From positions 258 through 64,257 of the forward strand of contig JAFGEK010000079.1 in NCBI GenBank assembly GCA_016931625.1: a DNA stretch of 64,000 nucleotides, written 5' to 3'. Shown in pieces: positions 35,905-45,032 of this stretch; positions within the stretch are counted from its first letter, which is position 1; each line of letters starts with the position of its first letter. This DNA is from Deltaproteobacteria bacterium. Lineage in GTDB: Bacteria > Myxococcota > XYA12-FULL-58-9 > JAFGEK01. Under the pieces are notes generated by a model. The model was not told where the DNA came from. It saw only the letters and a list, made by a program, of their open reading frames with translations, and did no database searches. Position numbers and translations under genes: made by a program.

Positions 35905-36146
35905 CTGATAATATCAGATTACGTATCGCCGCAGTGCGAGCCTTGCGTTTTATACCAGGTCAAAAAACTGACAATATTATTGCGCAAGCAATGACTACTG
36001 AACCTAGCACCAGTGTACGACGTGCAGCTTTGTTAGCCGCATCATATCGAACCCGAAAACCATTAACCGAGGCTTTACAACAAGTTGCACGAAGCGATCC
36101 TAATGATGATATTCGCAAAGAAGCAGCTAAATTATTGCATGATTAG
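35892..36146 (+). pseudogene. probable C-terminal remnant of a HEAT/PBS-lyase-repeat protein
   Basis: The 84 aa product has roughly 2.5 HEAT-like repeats (...AAVRALRFIP..., DPNDDIRKEAAKLL). The start codon sits inside the hairpin, and an in-frame stop lies 30 nt upstream. Confidence 0.35.
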
Positions 36147-36241
36147 ACTGTGCTACTGCGTTATTGCTTTAATTATTTAATTAACAAAAACATGTCATAG
36201 CTTGTGATTTTCCCCTAAAAGTATCAATTTAAATAGTAGAG

Positions 36242-36454
36242 GTGTGGGTCATGTATACTGTTACTTATTCGGTACCATCAATGCGCTGTGGACACTGTAG
36301 CAATGCTATTGAATCAGAGGTAGGTGAACTGCAAGGTGTGGCATCAGTCAAAGCAGACAATACAACTAAACAAGTTAATATTGTATTTGATAAACCAGCT
36401 AGTGAAGGACAAATCAAAGCATTGCTAGCCGAAATGAATTATCCCGTAGCTTAG
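36242..36454 (+). CDS. copZ: heavy-metal-associated copper chaperone
   Basis: MRCGHCSNAIE (MxCxxC) HMA domain, 70 aa. Confidence 0.8.
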   Translation: MWVMYTVTYSVPSMRCGHCSNAIESEVGELQGVASVKADNTTKQVNIVFDKPASEGQIKALLAEMNYPVA

Positions 36455-36467
36455 AATTTAGTTAGCC

Positions 36468-38918
36468 ATGAGTGCATCTATGAATGAGCCTGGCACTAAA
36501 CAGCTTACTCTACCGATTACCGGTATGACCTGCGCTAATTGTGTTGCTACTATTGAGCGTAATCTAAAAAAGCTTAACGGTGTAAATAGCGTGGTAGTAA
36601 ATCTTTCATCTGAACGTGCTACAGTAAGTTATGATGAAAGCAAACTTGCGCTGCAAGATTTTATAGCTCGTATTAAGCGTGCGGGTTATGGCATTGCTAC
36701 TGGTGAAGCCGAATTAATTATTAAAAACTTAGCGGATGATAGTGATGCACAGCGATTATTAAAAGCATTAAGTAGCACTAACGGAGTAGTAACTGCTCAA
36801 GTTAATTATGCCACTGAAAAAGCGCGCATCAAATATGTGCCAACAATTGTCAGCCAAGCACAATTGCGCCAGGTGGTTAAAGTTAACGGGTTTGCTGCTA
36901 TCGAACTTGGTGCAAAAGCCCAAGATATTGAGGCGCAAACGCGGGCGCTAGAAATTGCGCAACAAAAGCGATTGCTTATTGTTGGCTTGTTATTAACGGT
37001 ACCATTATTTCTTATTAGTATGGGGCGCGATTTTAATTTGTTGCCCATAATACCGACAGGGCCGTGGAGTAATTATCTTTTACTGGCATTGGCAACCCCG
37101 GTGCAATTTTACGTTGGTGCACAATATTATAGTGGCGCATATAAAGCACTACGCAATAAAGCCGCAAATATGGATGTACTCATCGCCATGGGTTCATCAG
37201 CAGCTTTCTTTTATTCGCTACCGGTAACTTTTGGATTGTTGCCGGGTCATGTTTATTATGAGACTGCGGCGGTTATCATCACCCTAATAAAACTTGGCAA
37301 ATATCTTGAGGCCCGTGCCAAAGGGCATGCCTTCGCAGCCATCAAAAAATTAATGGGATTACGCGCCAAGAGTGCACATGTGATTCGTGATGATAAAGAA
37401 GTCGAAGTGTTAATTGATGATGTGCAAGTTGGTGACATTGTTGTGGTTAAACCAGGAGAAAATATTCCGGTAGATGGTGTGCTGATTGCTGGGCAGAGTA
37501 GCGTGGATGAATCGATGTTAACCGGCGAATCGCTGCCAGTAACTAAAAAGCAAGGTAGCACGGTCATTGGTGCTACATTAAATAGACTGGGTACGTTGCA
37601 GTTTGAAGCTACTAAAGTTGGTAAAGAAGCAGCATTAGCGCAAATAATAAAACTAGTTCAAGATGCACAAGCCAGCAAAGCACCGATTCAAAAAATAGCT
37701 GATCAAGTATCGGCCATTTTTGTGCCAGTTGTATTAATTATTGCCGCAATAACTTTTAATGCTTGGTATTTTGTGGCGAGCACAGTTGATGGGCAATTTA
37801 CGCGTGCTTTAATTAATACGGTGGCAGTTTTAGTAATTGCCTGCCCGTGCGCTATGGGGTTAGCTACCCCAACGGCAGTATTAGTTGGTACTGGTAAAGC
37901 GGCACAAGCAGGGATACTGTTTCGCAATAGCGAGGCACTTGAACGCGCTGGTAAATTGTCAGTTGTGGTGTTTGATAAAACAGGTACGATTACCAAAGGT
38001 CTGCCAACTATTACTGATATTGTAGTTAATCAACATGCGACATTAAGCGCTGATACAATATTGCAATTTGCCGCTTCGGTAGAGTCGAGCAGTGAACATC
38101 CTTTGGCCGAGGCGATTTTGCAAGCAGCCAAAGCTCGTGGCTTAAAGTTATTAGAGGCTACTAGGTTTGAGGCCGAGCCTGGTTATGGGGTACTTGCTGA
38201 TGTTGATGGCAAAATCGTGGCTATTGGTAATTTTAAAATGATGCAAACTCACGATTGGCTGAAAAATGATCTTGCTTCTGAGGTTACTCGTTTGCAAGAC
38301 GAAGCCAAAACCGTGATGCTGGTAGCTATAGATGCTCAAGTTGCTGCTGCTATCGCTGTTGCTGATGTAGTAAAAGAAGACTCGCAAGCTGCAATCACCA
38401 AGTTGCGTGATATGGGTTTGCAAATACTAATGCTTACCGGTGATAATCAAAAAACTGCAGCAGCAATCGCCAATAAGATTGGTATTAGTAAAGTGATTGC
38501 CGAAGTAATGCCCGAGCATAAAACCCAGGCAATTAAAGATTTGCAAACAGCTAATGAAAATAAAAATATACCAAATATAGTTGCAATGGTGGGTGATGGA
38601 ATAAATGACGCGCCAGCTTTAGCCCAAGCCGATGTGGGTATTGCTATTGGTACCGGTACCGATGTCGCCATGGCTACGGCATCGGTGACGTTGATTAGCG
38701 GTAACCTGCATGGCGTAGCGCGGATGATAAATTTATCACGCCAAACTTTGCGCACAATTAAGCAAAATTTATTCTGGGCATTTTTTTATAACGTTGTGCT
38801 TATCCCCGCTGCAGCGCTGGGTTTTTTGCATCCAATGTTAGCCGCCGGCGCTATGGCTTTTAGTAGCGTGTTTGTGGTTAGCAATAGTTTAAGATTGCGG
38901 CGAGTGAAGTTGGGGTAG
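36468..38918 (+). CDS. copA: copper-translocating P1B-type ATPase with two N-terminal HMA domains
   Basis: [12 protein letters not shown] plus a second, degenerate HMA domain. CPC motif [10 protein letters not shown], phosphorylation site DKTGTIT, hinge [10 protein letters not shown]. Confidence 0.9.
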   Translation: MSASMNEPGTKQLTLPITGMTCANCVATIERNLKKLNGVNSVVVNLSSERATVSYDESKLALQDFIARIKRAGYGIATGEAELIIKNLADDSDAQRLLKALSSTNGVVTAQVNYATEKARIKYVPTIVSQAQLRQVVKVNGFAAIELGAKAQDIEAQTRALEIAQQKRLLIVGLLLTVPLFLISMGRDFNLLPIIPTGPWSNYLLLALATPVQFYVGAQYYSGAYKALRNKAANMDVLIAMGSSAAFFYSLPVTFGLLPGHVYYETAAVIITLIKLGKYLEARAKGHAFAAIKKLMGLRAKSAHVIRDDKEVEVLIDDVQVGDIVVVKPGENIPVDGVLIAGQSSVDESMLTGESLPVTKKQGSTVIGATLNRLGTLQFEATKVGKEAALAQIIKLVQDAQASKAPIQKIADQVSAIFVPVVLIIAAITFNAWYFVASTVDGQFTRALINTVAVLVIACPCAMGLATPTAVLVGTGKAAQAGILFRNSEALERAGKLSVVVFDKTGTITKGLPTITDIVVNQHATLSADTILQFAASVESSSEHPLAEAILQAAKARGLKLLEATRFEAEPGYGVLADVDGKIVAIGNFKMMQTHDWLKNDLASEVTRLQDEAKTVMLVAIDAQVAAAIAVADVVKEDSQAAITKLRDMGLQILMLTGDNQKTAAAIANKIGISKVIAEVMPEHKTQAIKDLQTANENKNIPNIVAMVGDGINDAPALAQADVGIAIGTGTDVAMATASVTLISGNLHGVARMINLSRQTLRTIKQNLFWAFFYNVVLIPAAALGFLHPMLAAGAMAFSSVFVVSNSLRLRRVKLG

Positions 38919-38944
38919 TGTTAAAAAATTTTTTCAAGGCAAAT

Positions 38945-39024
38945 ACCCATAAATATATCCAAAAATATCCATAATTATTGATATTTTCATTAATATATGG
39001 ATATTTATGGATAAACATATGGGT
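38945..39024. promoter_or_regulatory. roughly 80 bp imperfect palindrome carrying four ATATCCA(T) boxes (two direct, two inverted) bounded by ACCCATA / TATGGGT; candidate operator
   Basis: Seen in the sequence, between the copA stop and the start of the Fic-remnant ORF at 39030. Confidence 0.45.
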
Positions 39025-39029
39025 AAAAA

Positions 39030-39438
39030 ATGAAACCATTAAAAAAGCTAGTCATAACTGCAAAATTATTAAAAAATATTGCCGAAATTGATGAGTTTAA
39101 GGGTCGTTGGGAAGCTATCGGTAATCTAGCTCCTGAACGATTATCTGCTTTCAAAAAAATAGCAACTATAGAGTCGGTTGGCTCTTCAATTCGTATAGAA
39201 GGTGTACAGCTTAACGATGATGAGATTGAAAAAATACTTTCAGGGTTAGATATAAAACACTATCAGAAAAAATTATTGAAATTATTAGGGAGCATGGGCG
39301 CATAACAGTTCGCGATGCTGTGATACTTATTAAGGCTAATCGCAACACGATAAAAAAGCATCTCAAACAACTATATGAAACTGGTTATATTATACAGAGA
39401 GGAGAAGGCAAAGGTACTTGGTACGAAAAGAAAACTTA
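39030..39438 (+). pseudogene. internally deleted Fic-family gene: the Fic N-terminal region is joined, with a frameshift, to the C-terminal winged-helix domain; the catalytic core is missing
   Basis: The N-terminal ...LLKNIAEIDEFKGRWEAI...SSIRIEGVQL carries the SxxxEG inhibitory motif. After the stop at 39303 a shifted frame continues ...EHGRITVRDAVILIKANRNTIKKHLKQLYETGYIIQRGEGKGTWYEK*. There is no HPFx(D/E)GNGR motif. Confidence 0.6.
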
Positions 39439-39479
39439 ATCATTAAGCAGCAGCAGTGGTGCCAGGTAGCAAATTGTAA

Positions 39480-40292
39480 TTAATAGGTTACAATATCATT
39501 GGGATTAACATTAAGCCTTTCAGCAATTTTTTGTATAGTTGATTGATGTGGATTTTTAACTTCATTACGCTCTATACGTCCCATTTCTTTTTCGGTCACA
39601 TCTGGTAAGAAATCATTGAGTCTAAGACCGCGCTGAAGTCGGAGTCGACGAAGCGCAGCACCAAAGCTTCTATCTTTTTTTAAACGATTCTTTTTAGCAC
39701 GGCGCCGATAATCTGCATCTAACTCGAAAAGTATAGCGTCTGCAGATGCTTCGTAGTTACCAAGTTTTATGGTTTGCCCGTAATCAATAATTTCAAAGTC
39801 AGTAAAGTTTGGTTTGCTATGGCCTGATGAATTACTAAATAAAGAAAATGGTGCTACTAATCGACTCATGTCACCGCGATATAGTGTTATGACTTTATCT
39901 TTAGCATCGACACGCCCGCCAATAAAAAGGTCGTTATGATTAGAGGCAGCAAGTACTTCGGCGATATCAGCAGAATTAAGCATGCTAACATCATTTTGTC
40001 GAACGATTACAGATTTGAAGAAAGCATTAAGAAAATCGATTCTTGAACTATCTATATGCTCAAGCAGCAATAAACGCTGTTCTCGTATATTACTTTTTAA
40101 ATAGTAAGCTCTCCAATAAGCAACAAGATCACTAATATCGTGTGCTCGTTTAACTATCCATAGTGCTGATTTTGTTAAGGAGGGCATATCTAGTTCAGCT
40201 TGTTTAGGACGACTAAGAATAAAAGGGTTGAGGCGTTCGAAGGGTTTCGATTTATTATTTGCATCAACAATAATTAGATCTGCCGTCTTCAT
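39480..40292 (-). CDS. hypothetical protein with C-terminal XRE/Cro-type helix-turn-helix
   Basis: The C-terminal ...NPHQSTIQKIAERLNVNPNDI looks like an HTH. The N-terminal roughly 200 aa are uncharacterised. Confidence 0.5.
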   Translation of the reverse strand: MKTADLIIVDANNKSKPFERLNPFILSRPKQAELDMPSLTKSALWIVKRAHDISDLVAYWRAYYLKSNIREQRLLLLEHIDSSRIDFLNAFFKSVIVRQNDVSMLNSADIAEVLAASNHNDLFIGGRVDAKDKVITLYRGDMSRLVAPFSLFSNSSGHSKPNFTDFEIIDYGQTIKLGNYEASADAILFELDADYRRRAKKNRLKKDRSFGAALRRLRLQRGLRLNDFLPDVTEKEMGRIERNEVKNPHQSTIQKIAERLNVNPNDIVTY

Positions 40293-40696
40293 TCTTCACA
40301 CTCTTTAACCGGATTATTGGGGTACATTTTGTTCCATTCATTTACAAGGACATGCCAAGATTCGTATATTTCATCTATTTTATAACCAAATGAGATTAAG
40401 CGAATACAGCAATCACTCATTTACATATATTGCAAATTACATTACTAGTATGTCCTATATTAAAATAAAATCAATAGGGACATATTAATGAAGTAATTAT
40501 TAATTGTTTAATTATGAATAATCGCTAGTATTTGTTGGCTTGACACACATAGCCCCGTTAGGCGAAAGTCGTTTTCGGTGCTAAGAACACCTGCTGTGAG
40601 CGGAGCCGTCCCGACAGAGCGGCGCATTATTGCGTCGGTTATTAGCGTATAAATAACTGCGTTAATACTGACATAGCTACTGTCGGAGGTTCGGCC

Positions 40697-40963
40697 ATGC
40701 CTGAAATTGGCAACAATTACTGTGATCTTGCACATTCTAAACAATATAAATGCTGTAGGGGCACTGTTTGCTGTGCCCTTTTTGATAAATTCAGCTACGA
40801 TTCAGAATTATCGCAAATAGCAAATGCTATACCTGATAGTGAACTAATACAAGCGTTACATGCCATAGTACGTGCAATGAAAATTTGTTTTAACGATAAG
40901 CTAAAGAGAATTCGCGTCTTAAGATTGATGAAATATATTATGTGTAGAATTATGGGGTTATGA
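40697..40963 (+). CDS. hypothetical small Cys-rich protein
   Basis: GGAGG Shine-Dalgarno 7 nt upstream of the ATG. It is preceded by an unusually GC-rich, potentially structured leader (40520-40690). Confidence 0.4.
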   Translation: MPEIGNNYCDLAHSKQYKCCRGTVCCALFDKFSYDSELSQIANAIPDSELIQALHAIVRAMKICFNDKLKRIRVLRLMKYIMCRIMGL

Positions 40964-41055
40964 ATTTATGATTACAGCTAATAAATATGTTTAAATTATA
41001 TTACGCATGATAGTATTGCATGTATGCAATACTATATGAATATAGCATCATTTGA

Positions 41056-41991
41056 TTATTTCAGATTAAATTCAAGTTGACTATTATTTATTTGATTAGA
41101 TTTTTGCTGTGCATCATACCATCCTAATAATGATGGTGAATCTTCATTATGGTTTTCTCTCTTTCTATGTGAAGAGGCATAACAGTATTTACATCCATGT
41201 TTACAACTATCATAAGCTCCAATATCTCGGCTAATTACACATCCACATTCTTCGCGTTGTACCGGGTCTTTCTTTTTTTGTACTTCGAAATGAAAAATAC
41301 GTTTAATTAATTCATCATCAATACATTTGCCAGGTTTGATACCATAGGGTTTTAAGTCTATAGCTTCAGCACAGCTAACAATTTCAAATCCATTTTTATT
41401 AGAAATTTCTTTTAAATTACCTGTTAATATGCCAATCTCATGTTTGATGAGTTCATTATTATCTGCTGTAAAATCTATACTGCCGATAGCATTGAGTTGT
41501 TTTTTTGCCTTACGATAATGATCAACCAAACTGATAACAACTCTATTCGAGTAACCAGATAATTGTTCTGCAATCATGGTAAATTTATTGAGATGATATT
41601 GTATAGACATACTACGTGTAATGATTATTGGGTCATATCGCCATATCACATGCGCAGGGCTTAAGTATTTGCACAAAAATTTAAATGTTTCGATACTTTG
41701 ATCTAGTTGCGGTACACCTGGCTCAAGTGTTTGGCCATAACCAGTAATAGTAAATTGAAAATAATAGAGAAAACCTTTATCGGTCAATTCGTTGAGATAT
41801 GGAAGCAATGGTTTAGGGTTTTTAGTCCAAAATATAATAACTTCAACATCCTCGGGCTTGAGAGAAATAAATGACACTTGCTTGTTGTTAAGGGGATTAA
41901 CCACAGTACAATATCCTGCGGCTATTCTTTTCATAAACCAGCGAGAGTAATTGGCTGGTATATCAGTACGTCTACTGCAACTTATTATCAT
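41056..41991 (-). CDS. DUF1848-family protein (predicted Fe-S enzyme)
   Basis: N-terminal MIISCSRRTDIPANYSRWFM, characteristic of DUF1848. C-terminal Cys cluster ECGCVISRDIGAYDSCKHGCKYCYA. Confidence 0.6.
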   Translation of the reverse strand: MIISCSRRTDIPANYSRWFMKRIAAGYCTVVNPLNNKQVSFISLKPEDVEVIIFWTKNPKPLLPYLNELTDKGFLYYFQFTITGYGQTLEPGVPQLDQSIETFKFLCKYLSPAHVIWRYDPIIITRSMSIQYHLNKFTMIAEQLSGYSNRVVISLVDHYRKAKKQLNAIGSIDFTADNNELIKHEIGILTGNLKEISNKNGFEIVSCAEAIDLKPYGIKPGKCIDDELIKRIFHFEVQKKKDPVQREECGCVISRDIGAYDSCKHGCKYCYASSHRKRENHNEDSPSLLGWYDAQQKSNQINNSQLEFNLK

Positions 41992-42143
41992 TTAAAAAAT
42001 CCTGGTTAATAATAATTGAAATAAGATATTGTTCAAGTTGATATTTTGCCCAATGTTTTCGTGAGGCAATCGTGTTATTGCCTACACTAATTTTAATGAT
42101 ATTTTTAAAAAATGGATAGTACATAAATCTGAAAAAAATTTAA

Positions 42144-42887
42144 TCAGCCATTTTTTCTAATTATACGATATGCAACATTAGCTTCTAATTTTGGACATCC
42201 GAATTTTTTGAAATATTCTCCAAGATCTGTTTTTTCTTTGTCAGTATCTAATTGAATATTGCATTCATCTTTTTCTAATACTTCCCAATCGTAGTTTTGT
42301 GTGAGTGAATCAAACCAGTTATAAAAATTTGCAGAATTATTATCTATAAATAGCATATATGAATTAGACTTGGCTTCTGAAAATAAATAATTAAAATAAT
42401 CGGTACATTGGTTACGAAATCGATATAGCTCTGAGATAAAATAGACAAGGGTAAATAAATCAGCTTGTAGATATTTTTTATAAGGCAACCATGTATTTCT
42501 TTCAGTTACGTCGAGAGGCATAAAATTGACAGATAAGCATAGCTTAGAGTCAACTTTTTTATCAACATCGCTCCAAGATTCGTTCCATGCTTTATTTCCA
42601 TCTAGTAAATAACATTTTAATTTTGATAACGAGTCATGATCAGCATAATATTTGATAGCACCAAGCAAATCGCTGCCAGGTCCACCGCCAACACAGCTTA
42701 TTGTTACTTGTTCTGCTTTAAATAATTTGGTTAATCTATTACTAGTAGAAATGAGACGATAAACAAGATTGGCATGGCATGTAACATAACGATATATATA
42801 TGCAAATCTAGTTGATGGGTCACTATAATCTATTTTAGCTACATTAGGTTCTGTTAATTGATTATATTTCGTTGAAAGTAAATTCAA
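42144..42887 (-). CDS. hypothetical protein, possibly Rossmann-fold SAM-dependent methyltransferase-like
   Basis: ISCVGGGPGSDLLGAI resembles methyltransferase motif I. No other support. Confidence 0.35.
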   Translation of the reverse strand: MNLLSTKYNQLTEPNVAKIDYSDPSTRFAYIYRYVTCHANLVYRLISTSNRLTKLFKAEQVTISCVGGGPGSDLLGAIKYYADHDSLSKLKCYLLDGNKAWNESWSDVDKKVDSKLCLSVNFMPLDVTERNTWLPYKKYLQADLFTLVYFISELYRFRNQCTDYFNYLFSEAKSNSYMLFIDNNSANFYNWFDSLTQNYDWEVLEKDECNIQLDTDKEKTDLGEYFKKFGCPKLEANVAYRIIRKNG

Positions 42888-43022
42888 ATCGATAAACTAA
42901 CTATCGAATATTTTAAAACGTTAGCGGATGATTTTGGTATCCCATATCAAACATTAATCAATCTTTATTTACGTGATTGCGCTATTAACCAAAAAAAGAT
43001 TTCTATCAGTTGGAAGAAATGA
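42888..43022 (+). pseudogene. orphan C-terminal fragment of a BrnA/CopG-like type II antitoxin
   Basis: IDKLTIEYFKTLADDFGIPYQTLINLYLRDCAINQKK fits the BrnA C-terminal (W/Y)FK...G.GYQT.IN..LR.Y pattern. There is no start codon; an in-frame stop lies 3 codons upstream. Confidence 0.5.
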
Positions 43023-43028
43023 ACGTAT

Positions 43029-43274
43029 CTACTTTTCACTCAACCAATCCTTAGCATAAACAACCGGCTTACCTGACTGTTTAGTTAAATTTTCAATCGC
43101 AAAGGCATTCTCAAGGTTGGGCTGCAGGCGACCGGTGATATAACGATTTAACTGAACCGTAGACATAGCTAAAGCATCAGCAAATGCTACTTGGCTTGGC
43201 CAATGTTGCCGAATATGAGTATTTAAGAGGCGACGTGCCTTAGAATGATAACTATCGACGTTTTTAGCACCCAC
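43029..43274 (-). CDS. small Cro/CI-type helix-turn-helix DNA-binding protein
   Basis: ...SQVAFADALAMSTVQLNRYITG... reads as an HTH. Confidence 0.5.
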   Translation of the reverse strand: MGAKNVDSYHSKARRLLNTHIRQHWPSQVAFADALAMSTVQLNRYITGRLQPNLENAFAIENLTKQSGKPVVYAKDWLSEK

Positions 43275-43380
43275 AAATAGTGCAATTAAATCATTTACAC
43301 TTGTGATAACATACGCACTAGTGCTAATATCGACATATGAAGCCTATTATAGGCCAATATTTGAAGATAATTACTAAACA

Positions 43381-43590
43381 ATGAAAACCATTCGCCTTAT
43401 AACAGATATAGCCTGCGAAATGGACGAAGACGTTTTTGCCTTACTTGGTCGCATAGATTTTCATGTTTGTGACAACCATTATCTTGATGACCACGAACGT
43501 TTAGCAGCAATCGCTGTGCTACTGCGAGAATTTTTTGCTAAACGTGAGCGTTTACGTTGGGAGTTAATTAATCATTTTATCATCAAATAA
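43381..43590 (+). CDS. hypothetical protein
   Basis: ORF only. Confidence 0.3.
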   Translation: MKTIRLITDIACEMDEDVFALLGRIDFHVCDNHYLDDHERLAAIAVLLREFFAKRERLRWELINHFIIK

Positions 43591-44567
43591 TAACTAACGT
43601 TGCGTCCGGCGGTATGCGCACGTTGTTTAAGTAACCCGCGCTCGCGCATATCTAAAATTTCGCGTTTGGCAGTAGCAGGGCTGGTTTTTGTAAGATGTGC
43701 ATATTTTTTAGTTGTTAGACCACCAAAGAATTCATCGGGCCATGCATCGAATAGTCTATTTAATGCTTTTAGCTGTCGAGGGTTAAGACCAGTGGTCTCG
43801 CGGCGCTGCCAAAAACGAGCTTTAGCAAATATTCGCTCAAGTTCTTTTTCAGAACGAGCAATAGCTGCCGAAAAGGTTTCTAAAAACCAAATCAACCAAT
43901 CAGTAATATCACCTTTACCTTTTTGTGTTTTTTCTAAGATTTCATAATAGCTATCACGAGTAGCTTGTATCTGCGCAGATATGCTGTAGCAACGAATTTT
44001 TGTTTCTTCATCTTGAGCCAAAGCCATATCGATAAGCGTACGCGCAATACGACCATTACCATCTTCAAATGGGTGAATAGTTACAAACCATAAATGAGCT
44101 TTAGCCGCACGAATTAATCCATCTTCAACACTGCGGCTTTTTGCCCACCACAATAAAAACTGGCGTATCTCAGAAGGTACATTTTTTGAAGTTGGTGCTT
44201 CAAAATGAACACGTTCGTGACCTATTGGCCCTGAAACAACCTGCATTGGTGAAGCCGTTTTACGCCACTTGCCTACTGGAATTTGCTGCATGCCAGAGTA
44301 ACCAGTAGGAAACAGTGCGGCCTGCCATGCCTTAAGTCTGCTTGCCGTTAATGATTTATTACAGTTTGTGGTGGCATCTAATAAAACTTCCACTTGCCCA
44401 TCTGCATTTTTTTCAATGCGAGGTAAACCTGCAGTTTTTAAACCAAGACGACGTGTAATTGATGATCGCACAGCATTAGGATTAAGTGTTTCAACGTCTT
44501 TTACAAGAACGCGCTCGCTTAAAAGAACTAACGACTCTAAAAAAAATGAATGAGACCGCGCAGACAT
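43572..44567 (-). CDS. Fic/Doc-family protein with C-terminal wHTH
   Basis: Fic motif HPFEDGNGRIARTL. C-terminal ...TSPATAKREILDMRERGLLK... Confidence 0.85.
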   Translation of the reverse strand: MSARSHSFFLESLVLLSERVLVKDVETLNPNAVRSSITRRLGLKTAGLPRIEKNADGQVEVLLDATTNCNKSLTASRLKAWQAALFPTGYSGMQQIPVGKWRKTASPMQVVSGPIGHERVHFEAPTSKNVPSEIRQFLLWWAKSRSVEDGLIRAAKAHLWFVTIHPFEDGNGRIARTLIDMALAQDEETKIRCYSISAQIQATRDSYYEILEKTQKGKGDITDWLIWFLETFSAAIARSEKELERIFAKARFWQRRETTGLNPRQLKALNRLFDAWPDEFFGGLTTKKYAHLTKTSPATAKREILDMRERGLLKQRAHTAGRNVSYYLMIK

Positions 44568-44941
44568 TAAATCAGTTAGTTACGTTTTTAACAGAGGAAC
44601 GTCGCAATCGCGATGATGCTATTAAAGATATTTTAATATTTAACCACCCAGCATTTCGACGACTAGCGGATTTAACCCAAACAGAATACCGTATATTTTT
44701 TACTAATCTAGATGAATTGAGTATATGGCTTAAAAACGCCAAGGGATACTATGAGGATTGTAATACTAATACTTCGTATCGCTGGTGTAGGCTTGATAAA
44801 GGATGGCAATCTATTATTTCAGTTGACAAAGGATTATTTGATCAAAATGGTAAGCTTCAAAGTATGACTCCAGAGGAGTGGGATCAAAGTCTGATCATTT
44901 TAGAGAAGGAACAAACTGATGATGAAGATGCGCATTTTTAA
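44546..44941 (+). CDS. hypothetical protein
   Basis: ORF starting MNETAQTLNQ; the upstream Met at 44486 overlaps the Fic gene. No domain recognised. Confidence 0.35.
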   Translation: MNETAQTLNQLVTFLTEERRNRDDAIKDILIFNHPAFRRLADLTQTEYRIFFTNLDELSIWLKNAKGYYEDCNTNTSYRWCRLDKGWQSIISVDKGLFDQNGKLQSMTPEEWDQSLIILEKEQTDDEDAHF

Positions 44942-45032
44942 AAATTTGTTGTTCTCATCTAACGCGACTCCTACCGAACGGATAAATTAATTGACCCCGC
45001 TTCTTTTAGGTGCCAATGTGTCGATGCTAGTA

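Noticed and set aside
40520-40690. Retron msr/msd or group II intron fragment in the GC-rich segment
   Set aside because: No reverse transcriptase or maturase ORF is nearby, and no recognisable conserved retron or intron domain motifs were seen. I kept it only as a low-interest structured-leader candidate.
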